A stretch of DNA of 64,000 nt. It comes from Vicugna vicugna. Lineage: Eukaryota. The notes beneath the pieces were generated by a model. That model saw only the letters and a list, made by a program, of their open reading frames with translations. It made no database searches and had not been told where the DNA came from. Both the position numbers and the translations under genes were made by a program. The DNA lies in the NCBI GenBank assembly GCA_013265495.1, contig MU058824.1:6157245-6221244 (forward strand), read 5' to 3'. Shown piece after piece: positions 24,887 to 38,910 of this stretch. Numbering within the stretch: the stretch's first letter is position 1; the number at the start of each line of letters is the position of its first letter.

Positions 24887-26054
24887 CTGCAACAAGGTTC
24901 ATGATTGGAGATGGAAAAGGATAAACTTTTTCCAAATATTTTTGAAATTATTCCTAGGAAAGGTTAAAAGTATTAAGAGAATACTAGAATACATTCACTC
25001 TAAAAAAAAAAGTTCATGGGCAGAAATACACTTTTATTCCAGTACAGTAAAAGAAATGGGCAATAACCTCATATGGAAGAGCAGAGCAAATGTTATTTGC
25101 ATAGCCTGTTTGGGATGGTGGTTGACTGCCTAAGCACAGATTCTCAGGTCCACAAAAACAAGGGTTCTTGGGGAATTGTGGTTACAAAATCACTGTTTTC
25201 ATCATTTCATGGAGGAGGGAATCTACAAATATAGAATCACTAAAGTACCTGGAAAAAAATATCACATACATAGTAATAGCCTGCATGTTATAATCTAGAC
25301 ACTTCTAAGGCCCATTTCTAGGAGCTGCTATGTAGAACCAGGAACAGTAAAGATGATTTTGAGGGATTATGATTTTAGGGTCTTATAGAAGGTATACACT
25401 CAAAATGAAGTCAGTAAGCAAACATTCTGAAAATCATTTCTCAGTGGTCTGTGTTTTTTCCAAAGATTCTGTCATGGACTAACTATGCCAGATCCTGTCA
25501 TACAATTTATTTCCCCATGCCATTTACATTTTCAAATAATGTTACTAATCATAATTTATCTTGTTTTTCCTAGCCATGACATTTTTATTTTCTTTTATCT
25601 CATACTAAAGCAGTGAGAAGAAATTTCCACTAAAAGTGTATCATTTTATTTTTGCTTTTCAGTCTTTTTAGGGGAAAAAATAGTATGTTATCTTTCATAG
25701 AAAAGCACAGAATATCACTTGCCATTAAAGAAATAATCGGTTATTATTCAGAATCAAATGATGCATATGGGGAGAAATAATTGTAGAATTGTCATGTTTT
25801 CTCTCAAAAAGACTAAGTACAGGTAAACAAATACTAAGAATGCTGTCTTGGCAAACACACATGCCTAAAGTGAACCTGCCCTACAACAGGACAGGTAAAT
25901 TTAAACTCTTCAGGCTCCATGTGTCAAAACATATAAAAAAATAATAAAAAAGAAAAATCACTGGAAACCAAAAAAGTTATGATGAGTAAAATATGTAAGT
26001 ATTACCATTTTGTCAGAATTACTTGAATATTTACACTTAAATATAAATGAGAGA

Positions 26055-26790
26055 GGCAGGAATTCCAGAATGGTGAAGTAAGGAGCTCAGGAGACCCACT
26101 CATCAGCAAATAACTCAACTAGTGAAAATTATAAAAAGAAATTATATAAAAGCCCTGGAAATTGCCCTAAGGGCATAAAGCAAATGAAGAAATATTCATT
26201 CAAGGAAATATATTAAATTTTAGTAAGAACAGCAAGTCTATGGGGTTTGAGCCCCAACTCACTCCATTATGCACTCATACCACCCTCCACCTCCAGGTTA
26301 TACAGAAGGTCTACACCAGGCATGTGCTCCCAAGAAGATAAAGACTCTCTCTCCCCCAGCTCCTAGTCTGAGGATACAGTTTCATGCTAAGCAGGCTGCT
26401 GGTATTTCTCATGACCCTCAACCATGTGTTGTAGAAGATCTTTTCCAGGTAGGACAGACAAGAAGACCAGGTTATTCTTCCAACCAGTCCCTACTCTTAG
26501 GGTAGAAGCTCTATTCTAGGCAGGCCAAAGGTACTGGAGCAACAACTGCCTCACCCTAGTTCATCCATATGATGGCGATTCCATTCAATAATACCAAGGG
26601 TTGCTACCAGTCTTCACTTACAGAGAGGGTAGAGAGAAGGGGCCACTCTAGAAAAGCAGGTCCCTGGCCCTAGCTCCAGCACAGTAGCTCTGGGGTTCTG
26701 GCCAGGTAGAAAGGCAGGCCATAAGGTCAAAGAGCTCTGCTTGAAGGGACTGACTTTATTTGGAACTAAGAGTGTCTCCATGCCTCGGGT
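26055..26790 (+). mobile_element. Old L1 5' UTR (L1M4-type)
   Basis: ttccagaatggtgaagtaaggagctc..ctggaaattg..attcaaggaa..gtaagaacagcaag resembles old eutherian L1 5' ends. Confidence 0.6.
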
Positions 26791-26835
26791 GTGGGTACGT
26801 TTCCATAAGACCTTATTTACAAAAACAGGTGATGT

Positions 26836-27345
26836 TAGAATTAAAACTGGATGTTCAAATACAAATCAGTACATGAATGTTTATATAAGTACTATTCATA
26901 ATAGCCAAAAGGTGGAAACAATCCAAATGTCCATCAACTGATGAATGAATAAATAAATCGTGGTGTATCTATACCATGGAATATTATTCAGCAATAAAAA
27001 TGAAGTGCTGATACATGCTACAGCACAGATGAACCTGGAAAGCATCAGAAAAGGCCATTTATTGTATACTTCCATTTATATGAAAGGTCCAGAATAAGCA
27101 AATCTATGAAGACAGAGAGTAGATTAATGTTGCTTAAGGATGGTAAAAGGAAGTATGAGACAATGGCAAATGACTGCTAATGAGTACAGGATTTCTTTAA
27201 GGGAGGATGAAAATACTCTAAAATTACATTCTGGTGAGAGTTGCATAATCTTGTGAATATATTAAAAAACAGCGAATTGTACACTTTGGGTAAATCTTAC
27301 GGCATGTGAATTATATCTCAATGAATGTGATTTTAAAATAAAAGA
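26836..27345 (+). mobile_element. Old L1 3' end (L1MB/L1ME-like)
   Basis: ttcataatagccaaaaggtggaaacaatccaaatgtccatcaactgatgaatg..gaattgtacacttt..tgtgaattatatctcaat. Confidence 0.85.
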
Positions 27346-30300
27346 ATTAAACACTAAGACATGTTACCTGATTATCCAGACATGATGACTTCTCCCAACA
27401 TCCCAAGAGTCCTTTGCCTGCCCCTAGAAGGTCATCTATTTTCTGTAAAATGCTTAGATGTGTTATTTTCCACAGGTCAGCTGGGTATGGTTTCCCTAAG
27501 ATCACTCCAGCCTAGGAATATAAAGGCAGCACATGAAAACCAAACTGGTTAATTTATGATTATTGACTATCAGATGCATTTTGAAGCATTTATTTATATA
27601 ATATTTTTTACATTGAACATAGAATTTGTACATGTAATGTTAAATATATGTACCCTATTTTGAACTTCAAGTATTTTATTTGCTTTGAGTCTGCACAGGG
27701 ACAAACTTTAAAAGAATCTCCTTCCAAAACCTGCATTTGTAATGAACAATAAGTTGTTCTTGCAGAAGTTTGATTACTCAACACATTAAGTAATGAATCT
27801 GAAAAAAATTAGAGTATTGTGTTTCAAAATAAAATGAAACACATAAAGAAATAAAATATGTTAATAGTTTTAATATCTATTAGGGTTTGCTAGAATGATG
27901 TATATTTCTCTAGGAACAGTTTGTTCAAATATATTTCACCAAAGAATATTTCAATATTCCAGTCCCGTATTTAACTAAGTATATCTATGACTCTATCTTT
28001 CAATCACTTAAATTTACATCACCCAAAACACAGTTTGGTAAGAGACCTCTGATAACAAGTTGATTTTCACATGCTTGGATTAGTCTTACAAACAGGAAGC
28101 CACATTTTATTATAAGCAAAAATCTCTGAATATAGGAAGACTGGTTTTTGGTTTCTTGTGTCAAACTCTCTGTGTTTGATGACTTCCAAACTTTACAAAA
28201 TTTTTTTTTCATTACTTCTATTTATTTTTATATCTCTCAAAAGACATATATGATCTGAGGTTGGAAGAGACAGGAGAAGACTTAGAAATACCTGTTAATA
28301 AAAACTTTTAAAGTAGGCATGCCAAGGAGGGGAAAATATGAAGTCCTGTCTAGACCCCGTCAGCTTTGCTTGACCTAGTTATAGTTAAATAAAATATCAA
28401 TGGGAAATTCAAGGTAAACAAACTAGCCAAAGTTCTGCAGGAGGTGACTCTGATGACTTGAGAAGAATGACATCTGATCCTTCTAAAGAAAACACATTTC
28501 TCATGGCTGTCAGCATACTACCAAGGAAGAGAGGGGAATGAGCTAAAGCATAAATATTACTACTCCTAGAGGATGTCCTTTAAGAAAGGAAGGCTTTGTC
28601 TTGGCTGTGTTTATATAAATCTTTGGAATATCTAACGAAAAAAATTCACATAAATGCAAGTCACAGCCAATGAAGTAGAAACCAGTTCACTGTGTCCAAA
28701 CACAAACTCCAGGCAACCACAGCAAAAATATCATGTTCTCTTGGAGCTTCCATAGTAAATAAATAATGAAGATGACATTGCTAAGATTGTAAAACAGTGG
28801 TCAGGCTGCAAATGTGACTTACTTAATAGGCTGACTAAATCAGAACCCAAGAATGTTTTGGAAAAGAGCTGCTATGAGATGGGTTAGTACAGATTTGTTT
28901 GTGAAACAAATCAAGCACTTCTAGTGAGTGGTATTAAATACTGTAAATTAGATAAAGTTCATGAAGCTATGGAGTTTTGCCATCAGTTTTTTTTTTTAAT
29001 AGTTCCCCTCCAAAGGAAAGAATTTAGGTAGATGATAAAGACAAAGGCCCTGACTCGTATCACAGGGAAAAGAGCAAAATAACCCCTTTCTCCCCAAATC
29101 CCAGTTATGTGAAGATCTTAGATATGTGGTTTACCTCAAAAAAATTCCTAGGAACTAGAAAATATTTCTTGGAGCATACACAGCTTATCTTCTATACAGA
29201 AAATCAAAAGTTGACTAAATGCAAGTCCACTATACATCAATATTCCCAAATACCTGTGATTATACAAAGCATGTGTCTCTAAAAAATAGTAAATAAAGAG
29301 ATGACAGTACATCAAAATAGTCCAAACTTAGTATTGTTCTATGGTCAAGTATTCTTTAAAATCAATTCTCTTCCCCTCTCTCTCTATTTTCTCTCTCTCC
29401 TTCTCTGCCTCTTTCTCTCCACAATGCTTAGACAAATATCCATGAGGCCAGGCCTAGGGATCAATCTGAAAAAAAAAAAAAAAAAGACTTTGTGCTATAG
29501 TCCTCATTCTCTCATTCCCTAGGTTTCTATCTCAAATATATACTTCTTCAGTCTTTTCTAGCCCCCCCCCAAAAAAGAAAACAAACAAACAAACAAACAA
29601 AAAGAAAAATCTCATGCAAAGTGACCCATCCAAACAGTCTCCTGGCAGGCTGCCCCACCAGTTCATTAGACATTCCCTAGACATAACTGAATCCCTACTT
29701 AGATTAATGTAAAGGCCTCAGTTACATAAGGAAACCTAAGATGAAGCAAATCACACCTGAGACCATCTGGTCTCAGATATAAAGTCCAAATGTGAAGCAG
29801 CTGTAGGCTGAAGGGTGGGTATGAAACAACTCTAAGAGAAGTTATCCATACTAGAAAGATTCCCTGGCTGGGGATATAAATGGCGACTCCTAACCAAAAG
29901 GCAATGAAAGGACATTTGTTAAAGACATCATAACACTAGCAGCTATAAGAAGGAAGCGGAGATCTTCTCTTTGTTGACAACAGATACTGAGTCCTAGAAG
30001 AAAAGCATGTGGCCCATTCTCCATCTGTCAATCTGTCATCATAAACCAGACAAAATTATAACTGAACCTGAAAATGGTATGGGAAAGAAAAGAGTGTAAT
30101 GGGGAGTATAAAAGCACACTGGTCACCAAAATTAATGTTTTCATCCTATTTTTAGAACTCCTTTGGAAACAAAGTAACCAATAAATATAATCCTGAAGGG
30201 ATAAACTGTGTAACCACATAATCTGATGGAGCTGAAATATCTCTTAGAATTTTGGTGTATCATTCTAAAAAACGGAGAAAGAGTCCTACTTTTAGTCCCT

Positions 30301-30572
30301 TACAGACCATGTCTAATAAGCTTAACTGATTCAAGACCAACAGGGGCCTTGTTAGAAGAAGGAAAAATGGTTTGTTTCCTCCCACAGAAGGAAGCAAGGA
30401 AAATCTTTCCCCCATTGCTGTCTGCTTCCTCTGTCTGAAAGTTCCCATATAAAAGGTTTAGACATCCTGGGTATTCTAGGATAAAGCTCTGGAGAACCAC
30501 CAAGAAGACCTGGCAGAACTCAGAAATGGTAAATTTCAAGAGAACTATGAAGTAAGAATTTCCTTTTTAAAA

Positions 30573-30651
30573 AAGAAGAAAGAAAAGAAAGGAAAGGAAA
30601 GGAAAGGAAAGGAAAGGAAAGGAAAAAAGGAAAGGAAGGGGAAGGAAGGAA
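30573..30651. repeat. (GAAAG)n purine-rich microsatellite, within a decayed MLT1-like LTR ending ~30794
   Basis: agaaaggaaaggaaaggaaaggaaaggaaaggaaagg; downstream tttctgtcacttgcaaccaaaagagttctgagaaataca is an MLT1-type end. Confidence 0.8.
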
Positions 30652-32439
30652 GATCACATGACTGCTTTCCAAAGCCCTGCTCTTGGTTGGAGCACCATCA
30701 GATGAAGGAAGAAAGTAAGTCAATCAAGTCCCTGTTTAAACCTCTTGAAACTGCATTTCTGTCACTTGCAACCAAAAGAGTTCTGAGAAATACACTGCAC
30801 ACTGAGAAAGCAGAAGTTAAGAATCATGAAAAATGGAATGGGCTCCCAGAAAATAAACCAACCAGCTAATTAGCTGAGATTAATTTTATGACATTATGAC
30901 AAGATTGCAAATTCATTTCACAAAATTAGTAAACAGAGACAAAGGAATGATAAATCATTAATTCAGGGTCACATAAGGCTTTGTGCTCTGGCATCTAAGG
31001 TGAATTTACAACCCAGAAATCCTGAAGAGATTTTTCCTAGCCATTATATATTAACAGTGAGTCCTGATTCAAGAAGAAAAAAAGGAGGAAGCTGATTATG
31101 GACATTTACTCCCTTGACATGAAATATTTGAAACAGCCCACTGGTCCCTATTTTTAGATTAAAAACCAATCATTGGAAAAGGCCCATAACCAGCACAGTA
31201 ATGAGCCCATGGCCATTTATTTATAGCTTGCTCTAGCTGATTCATGAGCTGCAACTCAATGTCTGGTAAGTGCTATGTGACTCCTGGACTTTATCAACTT
31301 ATTTATGTGTGGCCAAGACTTCTCTCATAGAACATGTATATATGCAAACACACTGCCTTGTGTGTGGGTATAGAGGAAGGAGAAAGAAATATATATTCAC
31401 TAGTGTACAATCTGACTACATTTTATGAATCTGTCCAATCACATTTGGCTTTTCCATAACTTACTTAGACCATTCATACTGAATTTACTGCAAGCTGCAT
31501 GCAAAACTAGCAGTGCAGGCAAGATGGTAATGAGAGTCTAAGAGAGAGACATGCATTTTCATATATATTAATAGTTTATATGGGGGAAAAAAACTGAAGG
31601 ATAAAAGAGGCATCAAATATTGCCAGAATGATAGATGAAATGTTGAAGTGATGAAATGCTGAAATTATAATCCTTTGAAGTAGGCTCTGGATAAACTAAC
31701 TACACAGCACATGGCAAGAAATGTGTGGCAAAAGTTGTGATGGAATTTGTCTTGATTAATACCCTCATGTGAAAAAATAAATCTTGCTAAGGAAGTTCTG
31801 GAGGTTCAATGAACGGAAGCCAAATATTCATGCTGCCATTTAAGTTAAAAAACGGAGATAAGCCTAATACTAACCTTGCATTAGCACCATATACAGGTCT
31901 TCCTGTAATGCCTTAAGGAAATATGCATTATGTATTCACCTTCTTTTCATGTTTCTTATGAATGACTGTTCTGAATGTTGTTCATTCCATTCTTGAAGTT
32001 AAAGCTTACAAATATATGTGTTTTATAACATGTTTGATGTCTATTAGCTCTTATAATGTATTTATTACTATAATCAAAAGTCATTTTTACTACAAAAATC
32101 ATTTTTAGAAGATACAGTAAGAGGGAGAGAAAAAGTGATTCTAGGATTAGGTCAATAGACTGAAAGTATACCTAGCAGCAAAAAAGACTGGCATAAGCTG
32201 CAATCAACTGACAATATTATACTTAATATTTCTATTAAAAAATGTACAACTATAATTCCGTCGTACTTAGACACTGTGAACAAGAGGTAAAGGATAATAC
32301 TCTACTTTGAGGCCAGGTGTCCTAAAAATGAGTTAGGTTGGAGAGTCTTTCAATTCATTGGGAGCAAGTTTCTTCTACTCAGGAAAACTCAAAACACAAT
32401 CTCCTTTCTTACTGCCTCATCATGGTCAGTAAAATATGG

Positions 32440-32860
32440 ATAGTAGTAAATACCTTTCATTTGTATAGAATTTACAGTTAAAAAAAATTCTCATTTAACT
32501 ATTATGTCTGATCCTCTCTCTTGATCTTATTTTACAGAAAACTAAATTTGAAGAAGTCAAGTTGCTTGTCCACAACTATACATCTTATAAATGTGGAAGC
32601 TAAGGTTAATTAAAACTGGTCTTTCACATAGAATATTACTTAAGCATGGAGTAGAAGGAAGATGAAATGATTGTTATATGTTATACAGTAGTCTAGTGCT
32701 TTCTCATTAGTTCCTGTAATTACCATAACTATTCTATAAAATAGAAAGTATTATTTCCATTTACAGATAACAAAACTGAGGCTCTGAGTATTATAAGTCA
32801 TGGGAAGGGATGAAAACCTAGTTGTGTCTGATAAGAAAACCAGGTTTCTCCCATAACAGA
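32440..32860 (-). mobile_element. Two MIR fragments
   Basis: ttttacagaaaactaaa..aagttgcttgtccacaac and ttccatttacagataacaaaactgaggctctgag. Confidence 0.65.
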
Positions 32861-33494
32861 CAAAGTCATACTTCTAAGGCATGTAGAACTTTTATGCAAT
32901 GAGAGACAAGAACAAAATTAAGGACAATAATTCACTTCCTTTTCATATAACGATGCCATCAGCAGGTACTTATTAAGAGTTAATTAAGTGCTTAGTATTG
33001 TATTCAGAATTGTGGAGAAATAAAGAAGCAGAAAACAAGCTTCCTTTTCCTAAGTAGATTTCAAAACAATTTAAAAATGCCAAAAGTATGTGTATTATTA
33101 TACAATAACATTAAGGAGTATTTAATGCAAATAAAGTAGGAGAAAAGCATTAGTAAAATAAGTAGAACTATCACTCTACTTCACTGGGTTGGGGGAAGGA
33201 GAAAAAAAAGCACAACTATTCTGTATTGGTGGTGTTTAACATAGAACAGATTAAGTTGATCCATGATGTGGTTTAATTTAGGCTAACATTTAGCCCCAAA
33301 TTTGACGCAGGTACTAGCTGAACTTTAAATTAGTTGTTCATGCCCTTATGTTTTCTTTCTCATTGTAATTGAAAAGAAAAGGGTCAGGTAGCCAACAGTG
33401 GTGGCTGATAAAAAGGCATTATTTCTAGGACTGGAGTTTACTAGAACGAATGTCTAACTCACATCATCACTAAACATCTTTTGCATTTCTTTCA

Positions 33495-33880
33495 CCATTT
33501 GTTTGTTTATTCTTCCCTTAAGCACATGTACTGAGTGCTTGCCACATGCCAAGCATCAGACTAGGCACTTGCACAGTGGTGACCAAGATAGCAATGGCCC
33601 TAGGCAAGACCACCCAGAGCAATGCTTAGACTTCACTGAGTGAACCTGTAAAATCTGAGAGAACACTCAGAATTTGGGGTCAAAAGACCTGAGCTTAATC
33701 CCTGACTCAGTATTTGCATGGCCTTGGATGATAATATATGACTCTGAGGCTCAATATCCTCATTTGTGAAACAGGAATAAAATAATACCTATTCATATGT
33801 TTTGCACAAGGAAGAATGGAGAAAGCATATGAAAACAACTGTAAATATCAAAAGTCTACACAAGTGTGATGAATTATTAC
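33495..33880. mobile_element. L2 3' end (-) followed by MIR (+)
   Basis: tactgagtgcttgccacatgccaagca (L2 -); gtcaaaagacctgagcttaatccc..cctcatttgtgaaacaggaataaaataatacct (MIR +). Confidence 0.7.
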
Positions 33881-35509
33881 CTTTATGTTATGTGCCCAGT
33901 CTCATAATTCTGGCTCCTTCCTCATATGGAAAATCATATATATGTGCCACCTCTACTCAAAAATACATGCTTCTGCCTGAGTTACTGTTCAGCTGCCTCT
34001 GAATATGAGTAGCAGTTGCCTCCTAATTGTTTACTCCTCTTCCATTACCTCATCCACTTTACTCCATGGCAGTTAGGCTATCATTACTACTTGCTTCTAC
34101 CTATATATACAAATTTATCCCTCTGTGCATAGTTTTTAAAAATTCACACTTTCCCCCAAGATCTTAACTCAGATGACCTCTTAAACAATAGCCATGGAAA
34201 CCTCACTCCAAAATGTTTCAAAATTATTATTTGTGCTATATAGCCAGCTTTCATACTACCTTAGCCATATCTCAGCTATTTGGCATGAGTACCCATCATA
34301 ACCCTACCCTAGAACCAGTGAGGAACCTGGTGACAGTAGCCTAGCAGTATGCCCCACAAGCAGCAAGAGTGGAATGAGTTCATTGTTTCTGCCTGACAGA
34401 GTGATGGCCAGGCACTCCCAAGAAACCATCCAGTGAAAGCCAACCCAAAGCACTATTCCCTAAGAGGTGTTCTACCTTGTTTCCCAGTGTTCTGTCTAGA
34501 ATCAATCTACCTGCCCCATTCCTATTCTCTCTTATTGGCCTACAAACAAATTTCTTTGGCTAATGCACCCACTCTAAAATCCTTTCTCTCTACCAAGCAT
34601 TTTCAGGATTGCATTTCCATTTCCTCTTTGCTGGAATCAAAGCTGACAGATCTTAGAAAATGCTCTATATTAGCCTCATTCCTTCCTAGATTCTATGTTC
34701 AATGGTAAGCCTTTTTCTGTGGGGTTCCATTTTTACCCTCATTTTGTCCCATATCCTTCTTGACTTTTCTCTAGTGCTTATGGCCTCTTCTCTTCCAGCA
34801 AGCAAAGCCACATGACTGCAGTGTTTCCAATCTTTTGCGGGAAGCCAGCTCTGACAGTTGCAGAGTAGGAGGAGGTGTGACTCACTCTTTTGAGAACTGG
34901 TTGCCACACATGTCAAAGCCCCAACACATTTTCATGCAACATTTTCATGTAAAAGACAAGTATAAAGCTCTAGGACTCAGCCAGCTCAAGTTATTTTTTC
35001 CTGAAATGTGATGCCAACTAACATCTGCCGCATTTGATTATCCTGATTTGCTTAAGCAAATTTCTCCAGGGTTAAGATCTTTATCTAGGTTGATATAATT
35101 TCACCTTGATGTCTAAAGGCTAAAGTATAAAATACAGAATCACTGTATGAGGTGCCCTCAGACAGTGTGAGGTGACCCTCACACAGTGTCATAGTAATAA
35201 GATGATCAAAGATCTGACACTCTTAAAACCTGTGTTAAGTCTCAGATCTATTGCATGGATCTCCTCAATTTTTCTAGCCTCACTCGAAAGGGAGGGATGG
35301 ATTTTCCTAGTTAATTACTAAGATACTCCCAGCTCTAATATTCTTTTTCAAGTTTTGTACCAAAGATAACTGTGCAGTTTAACAAGTGAAAGTGTGTAAG
35401 ATTATTTTTATTTTAGGCCCAATCTGCCCTTCTTAATAAATTACAGAGTAACTGTTTTCCTTTTTTAGTTCCTTAAAATGCATAAAATTGAGTAATTCTC
35501 CACGGACTG

Positions 35510-35780
35510 TCAACTCATTCAACCTAGAAATCATTTATTAGGTGACATTCTCAGGGCAGGACACAGAAGGAACAAAACAAATATGGTCTCTGCCTTCCTA
35601 ATATGTACAGTCTAGTAGGAAAACAGACCCCTACAGGTAAATAACTAACAAAGTAAACAAAAAAGGTTTTCTCTCATTTATCAACATGTCTTCAGAGCCT
35701 TGCAGAAATACCTGGTATAGGGTACACAACAGTAAGTATTTGTGATGGGAGACTGATTGAATGAATGAATAAATGAACAA
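35510..35780. mobile_element. Two L2 3' ends in divergent orientation
   Basis: tcattcaa..catttattagg..atggtctctgccttcc..tacagtctagt (-) and agccttgcagaaatacctggtatagg..tgaatgaatgaataaatgaa (+). Confidence 0.7.
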
Positions 35781-36439
35781 ATGCAAGAAATCTGCATCAT
35801 AGAAACTCCAGAGTTTGTTCCAGGGTGCAATAATAAATATAAGGCAAAACCTAATGATCTAGTTCTTCACTGCCATTAACACCCTAATAAGAAATAGCAT
35901 AAGGTACACAAACACTTGTTGAGAAGTGACTTAACCTGATCATTGTAAAATGAGCCTTTGGACAAGAAAATTTAAAATGTCATAGGAAATGATGTCCAGA
36001 TGAATAAGAATATCTTGAGAGAAAGGAAAGTAGGGGCCTAAAGGGGCAAACTGGTACATGAGTGAGCATGAGAACCAGAGGAGGGAGTGAATACATCTCA
36101 GGGGTATAAAAGCCACTTACATTGGTTATACTACTTACAAGAATCATGCTCCTAGTGGTGTGGTACTCTAGGATAGTATAAACTCAACTGTTTTGCACAA
36201 ATGCAATCTGTAATTTATAGCCCACAGGGCTCTAGACAACTACAAAGGTATAAAACTTGTGCCCTAGTTTTTTAAAAAATTGTGAATTAAAAAAATGGTG
36301 GACAAATGTTTACCTAAATTTATTTACTGAATTCATGAATACATTGCACATGCTATTTTGAAATTTGCTTCCAAAAACAAAGGTGTTTTAGGTCATCTCT
36401 TCAGTACATTTTGCATAATGTTTGTAGCATGTAATAATA

Positions 36440-36560
36440 AGACCCCTTTTGGCACATTTTTGTCATTTGCTGTCCAAAAAAGTGTCAAAGTCATTTTTGA
36501 CAGCTTTTGGTATAAATCACACACAGTCAGTGTAAATCAAATGTATTTTATAAATGAACT
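36440..36560. promoter_or_regulatory. Candidate TALE/HOX enhancer module
   Basis: TGACAG (36498-36503), ATAAATCA (36512-36519, reverse complement TGATTTAT), GTAAATCA (36532-36539, reverse complement TGATTTAC), extra TGTCA sites and TTTTATAAA in non-repetitive DNA. Confidence 0.4.
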
Positions 36561-37254
36561 TAATCAGTTATAATTTTTGCAGCAACTTGCTTTTTTGAAC
36601 AGGGACAGAGAAGAATCTTTAGAAGTCTTAGGTTTACTGAAAAAATGAGATGATTATTAAACAATGAAAGAAATTTGATTTCCTTTATGAAAAGGCATAT
36701 CTTCCAGTGCACTTTCAAATTACATGCTCTTGAGACTATTTTAAGACTCTTACATCTATGGCTCCTTACTTAAATCATTATCACATGTTTTAATCTCATT
36801 GTGTCCATGGTTCTACTAGGTGATAAAATATTCACGGAAAGTGAATATTACTAGACCTCAAAACATTTATGCTCTGCAGATTTTACTGGCTTGTAATAGC
36901 CACTTGAATTCTCACCACAGCTGACAATAAAAAAGAAAATCAAGAAACTGTGGCATAAAGGTGTATTTAATGAAAGGGCAGTCATTTCCAATAAGGCAAC
37001 TCTCAGAGGATCGCTAGAAAAGCTTGACATTTGGCTTATGATGAGGTAATTGGGTCTTTTCCTGATACTTTAATTAGAAAAGAAATGCACTTGATGTTCT
37101 CCTTCAGGACTGAGTTTCAGCTGAAACATCTGCCATCATAACTGCTATCATCACCATCACCATCGCTTTTCCAGTAAAAAATAGTTATCAAGCACAGTTT
37201 ATGTGAACAGTATGGACTGGTGAAAAAAGCATGGGTTTTAGAACCGGGTAGATA

Positions 37255-37510
37255 AAAATAATTAACATTCACTATGAGCCAGGAACTGTTCTAAGAACTT
37301 TTTCTGTATTAACACATATAACACTCTCAACAGCTTGTAAAGTAAGGGAATTGATACAAAAAGATACATACCTTGCACTCATCTTAAGATAAGAAAATTG
37401 AGGGTCAGTGAGGTCCAGTAACTTTCCAAAATCAAAGGTGATAGTATAAGTGGGATTTGGACCCAGATGTGTCTGATGAAAGAATCCATGCATTTAACCA
37501 CTGAGCTAGG
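37255..37510 (-). mobile_element. MIR SINE
   Basis: actatgagccaggaactgttctaag..gaaaattgagggtcagtgaggtccagtaacttt..gggatttggacccagatgtgtctga. Confidence 0.8.
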
Positions 37511-37789
37511 CTACCTTAATACTCATATTTGATTTAAAAAAAAAAAACATAATCAACTTCTAAATCCTTAGACCTTTTTTTTAAAAGAAAGGTAGTGGAA
37601 AGGATCATAGAATCCTTTATAGGGAAAGAACTAAGTCTTGAATGATACGTAAAAATTCAACAATGAGACTTGGGGTGGGGAGAACTTCCAGGCAGAGAGA
37701 ACAGTATTTATGAAGGTCTAAGAGGCATAGAACAAAAGTGCATGATTAAGAGATTATAAACAATTAAGAATGAATGGACTGCAATAAAC

Positions 37790-38910
37790 AAATGGGAAAT
37801 AGATTTTTTAAATACTTAGGAATAAATTTAAGAAGTGCAAAACTTATATACTAAAACCCCCAAAACATTATATATATATAATTATACATATATTACATAT
37901 ATTACATATATATGTATAATTATATATATATGGAGAAAATATCCCATTTTCATAAATAGGAAGACAACTTTCTTAAGACATTAATATTCTTCTAAGCTGA
38001 TTTACAGATTCATTGCAATCCCCACCAGAATCCCAGTTGACTTCTTTATAAAAATTGACAAGTTGATTCTAAAATTTTCATATGGAATTTCAAGGGACCC
38101 AGGACAGCCAAAACAATCTTAAATAAGAAGAACAAAGTAGGAGGACTTGCAATTCCTGATTTCAAAACTCACTAAAAAGCAACAGTAAACTAGACAAAAA
38201 GACCAAATGGCACTGGCATAAGAACAGACACACAGATCAATAGAAGAGAATAGAGAGTTCAGAAATAAACCCTTACATTTATGGTCAACTGATTCTCAGC
38301 AACAGTGCCAAGACCATTCCATGGAAAAACAATAGTCTTTTCAAATAAAAGGTGTGGAACAACTGGACAGCCACATGCAAAAGAATGAAACTGAATCCTT
38401 ACTTCACACCATATACTCAAAATGGATCAAATATCTAAATGTAGAAGCTAAAAGTATAAAACTCTTAGAAGAAACAAACAAACAAAAACAAAGCATAAAT
38501 ACAGGACAGAAATAGACTCATGGACAGAGAATACAGACTTGTGGTTACGGGGGGGGGCGGGGTAGAGGGTGGGAAGGGATAGACTGGGATTTCAAAATTG
38601 TAGAACAGATAAACAAGATTACACTGTATAGCACAGGGAAATATACACAAAATGTTATGATAAATCACAGAGAAAAAAATGTGGAAAAAAAAAAAGAACT
38701 AGCAAAAAAAAAAAAAAAACTCTTAGAAGAAAACATGGGGGTAAATCTTTATAACCATGGATTTGGCAAAGGATTCGTAGATTTGACAGCAAAAGCGTGA
38801 GCAATAAAAGAAAAAAACATATTGGACTTCATCAAAATTAAAACCAATTATGCTTTAAAGCACACCATCAGAAAAATGTAAAAGCGATTCACAGAATGAG
38901 AGAAAATATA
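37790..38910 (+). mobile_element. Old L1 ORF2 fragment with internal (TA)n and a nested young L1
   Basis: tacagattcattgcaatccc..ccaaaacaatcttaaataagaagaacaaagtaggaggact..agaaataaacccttacatttatggtcaactgatt. Confidence 0.9.
38475..38715 (+). mobile_element. Young camelid-type L1 3' UTR fragment, truncated at both ends, with an A-tail
   Basis: Perfect 17-bp TSD aaaactcttagaagaaa (38458-38474 / 38716-38732); G-rich 3' UTR tract; sequence stops at agaaaaaaatgtgg, before the normal terminus. Confidence 0.9.

Noticed and set aside
35510..35780. Inverted L2 pair as a miR-28/151/708-like hairpin source
   Set aside because: The plus copy lacks the ctagactgtgagctcc segment, and the copies are too diverged to form a clean stem.
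36448..36489. 15-bp imperfect hairpin as a pre-miRNA
   Set aside because: Too short and A/U-rich for a typical pre-miRNA, and no known mature miRNA recognised; better explained by the motif cluster or chance.
38548..38578. G-quadruplex motif
   Set aside because: The ordinary G-rich tract of L1 3' UTRs; not locus-specific.
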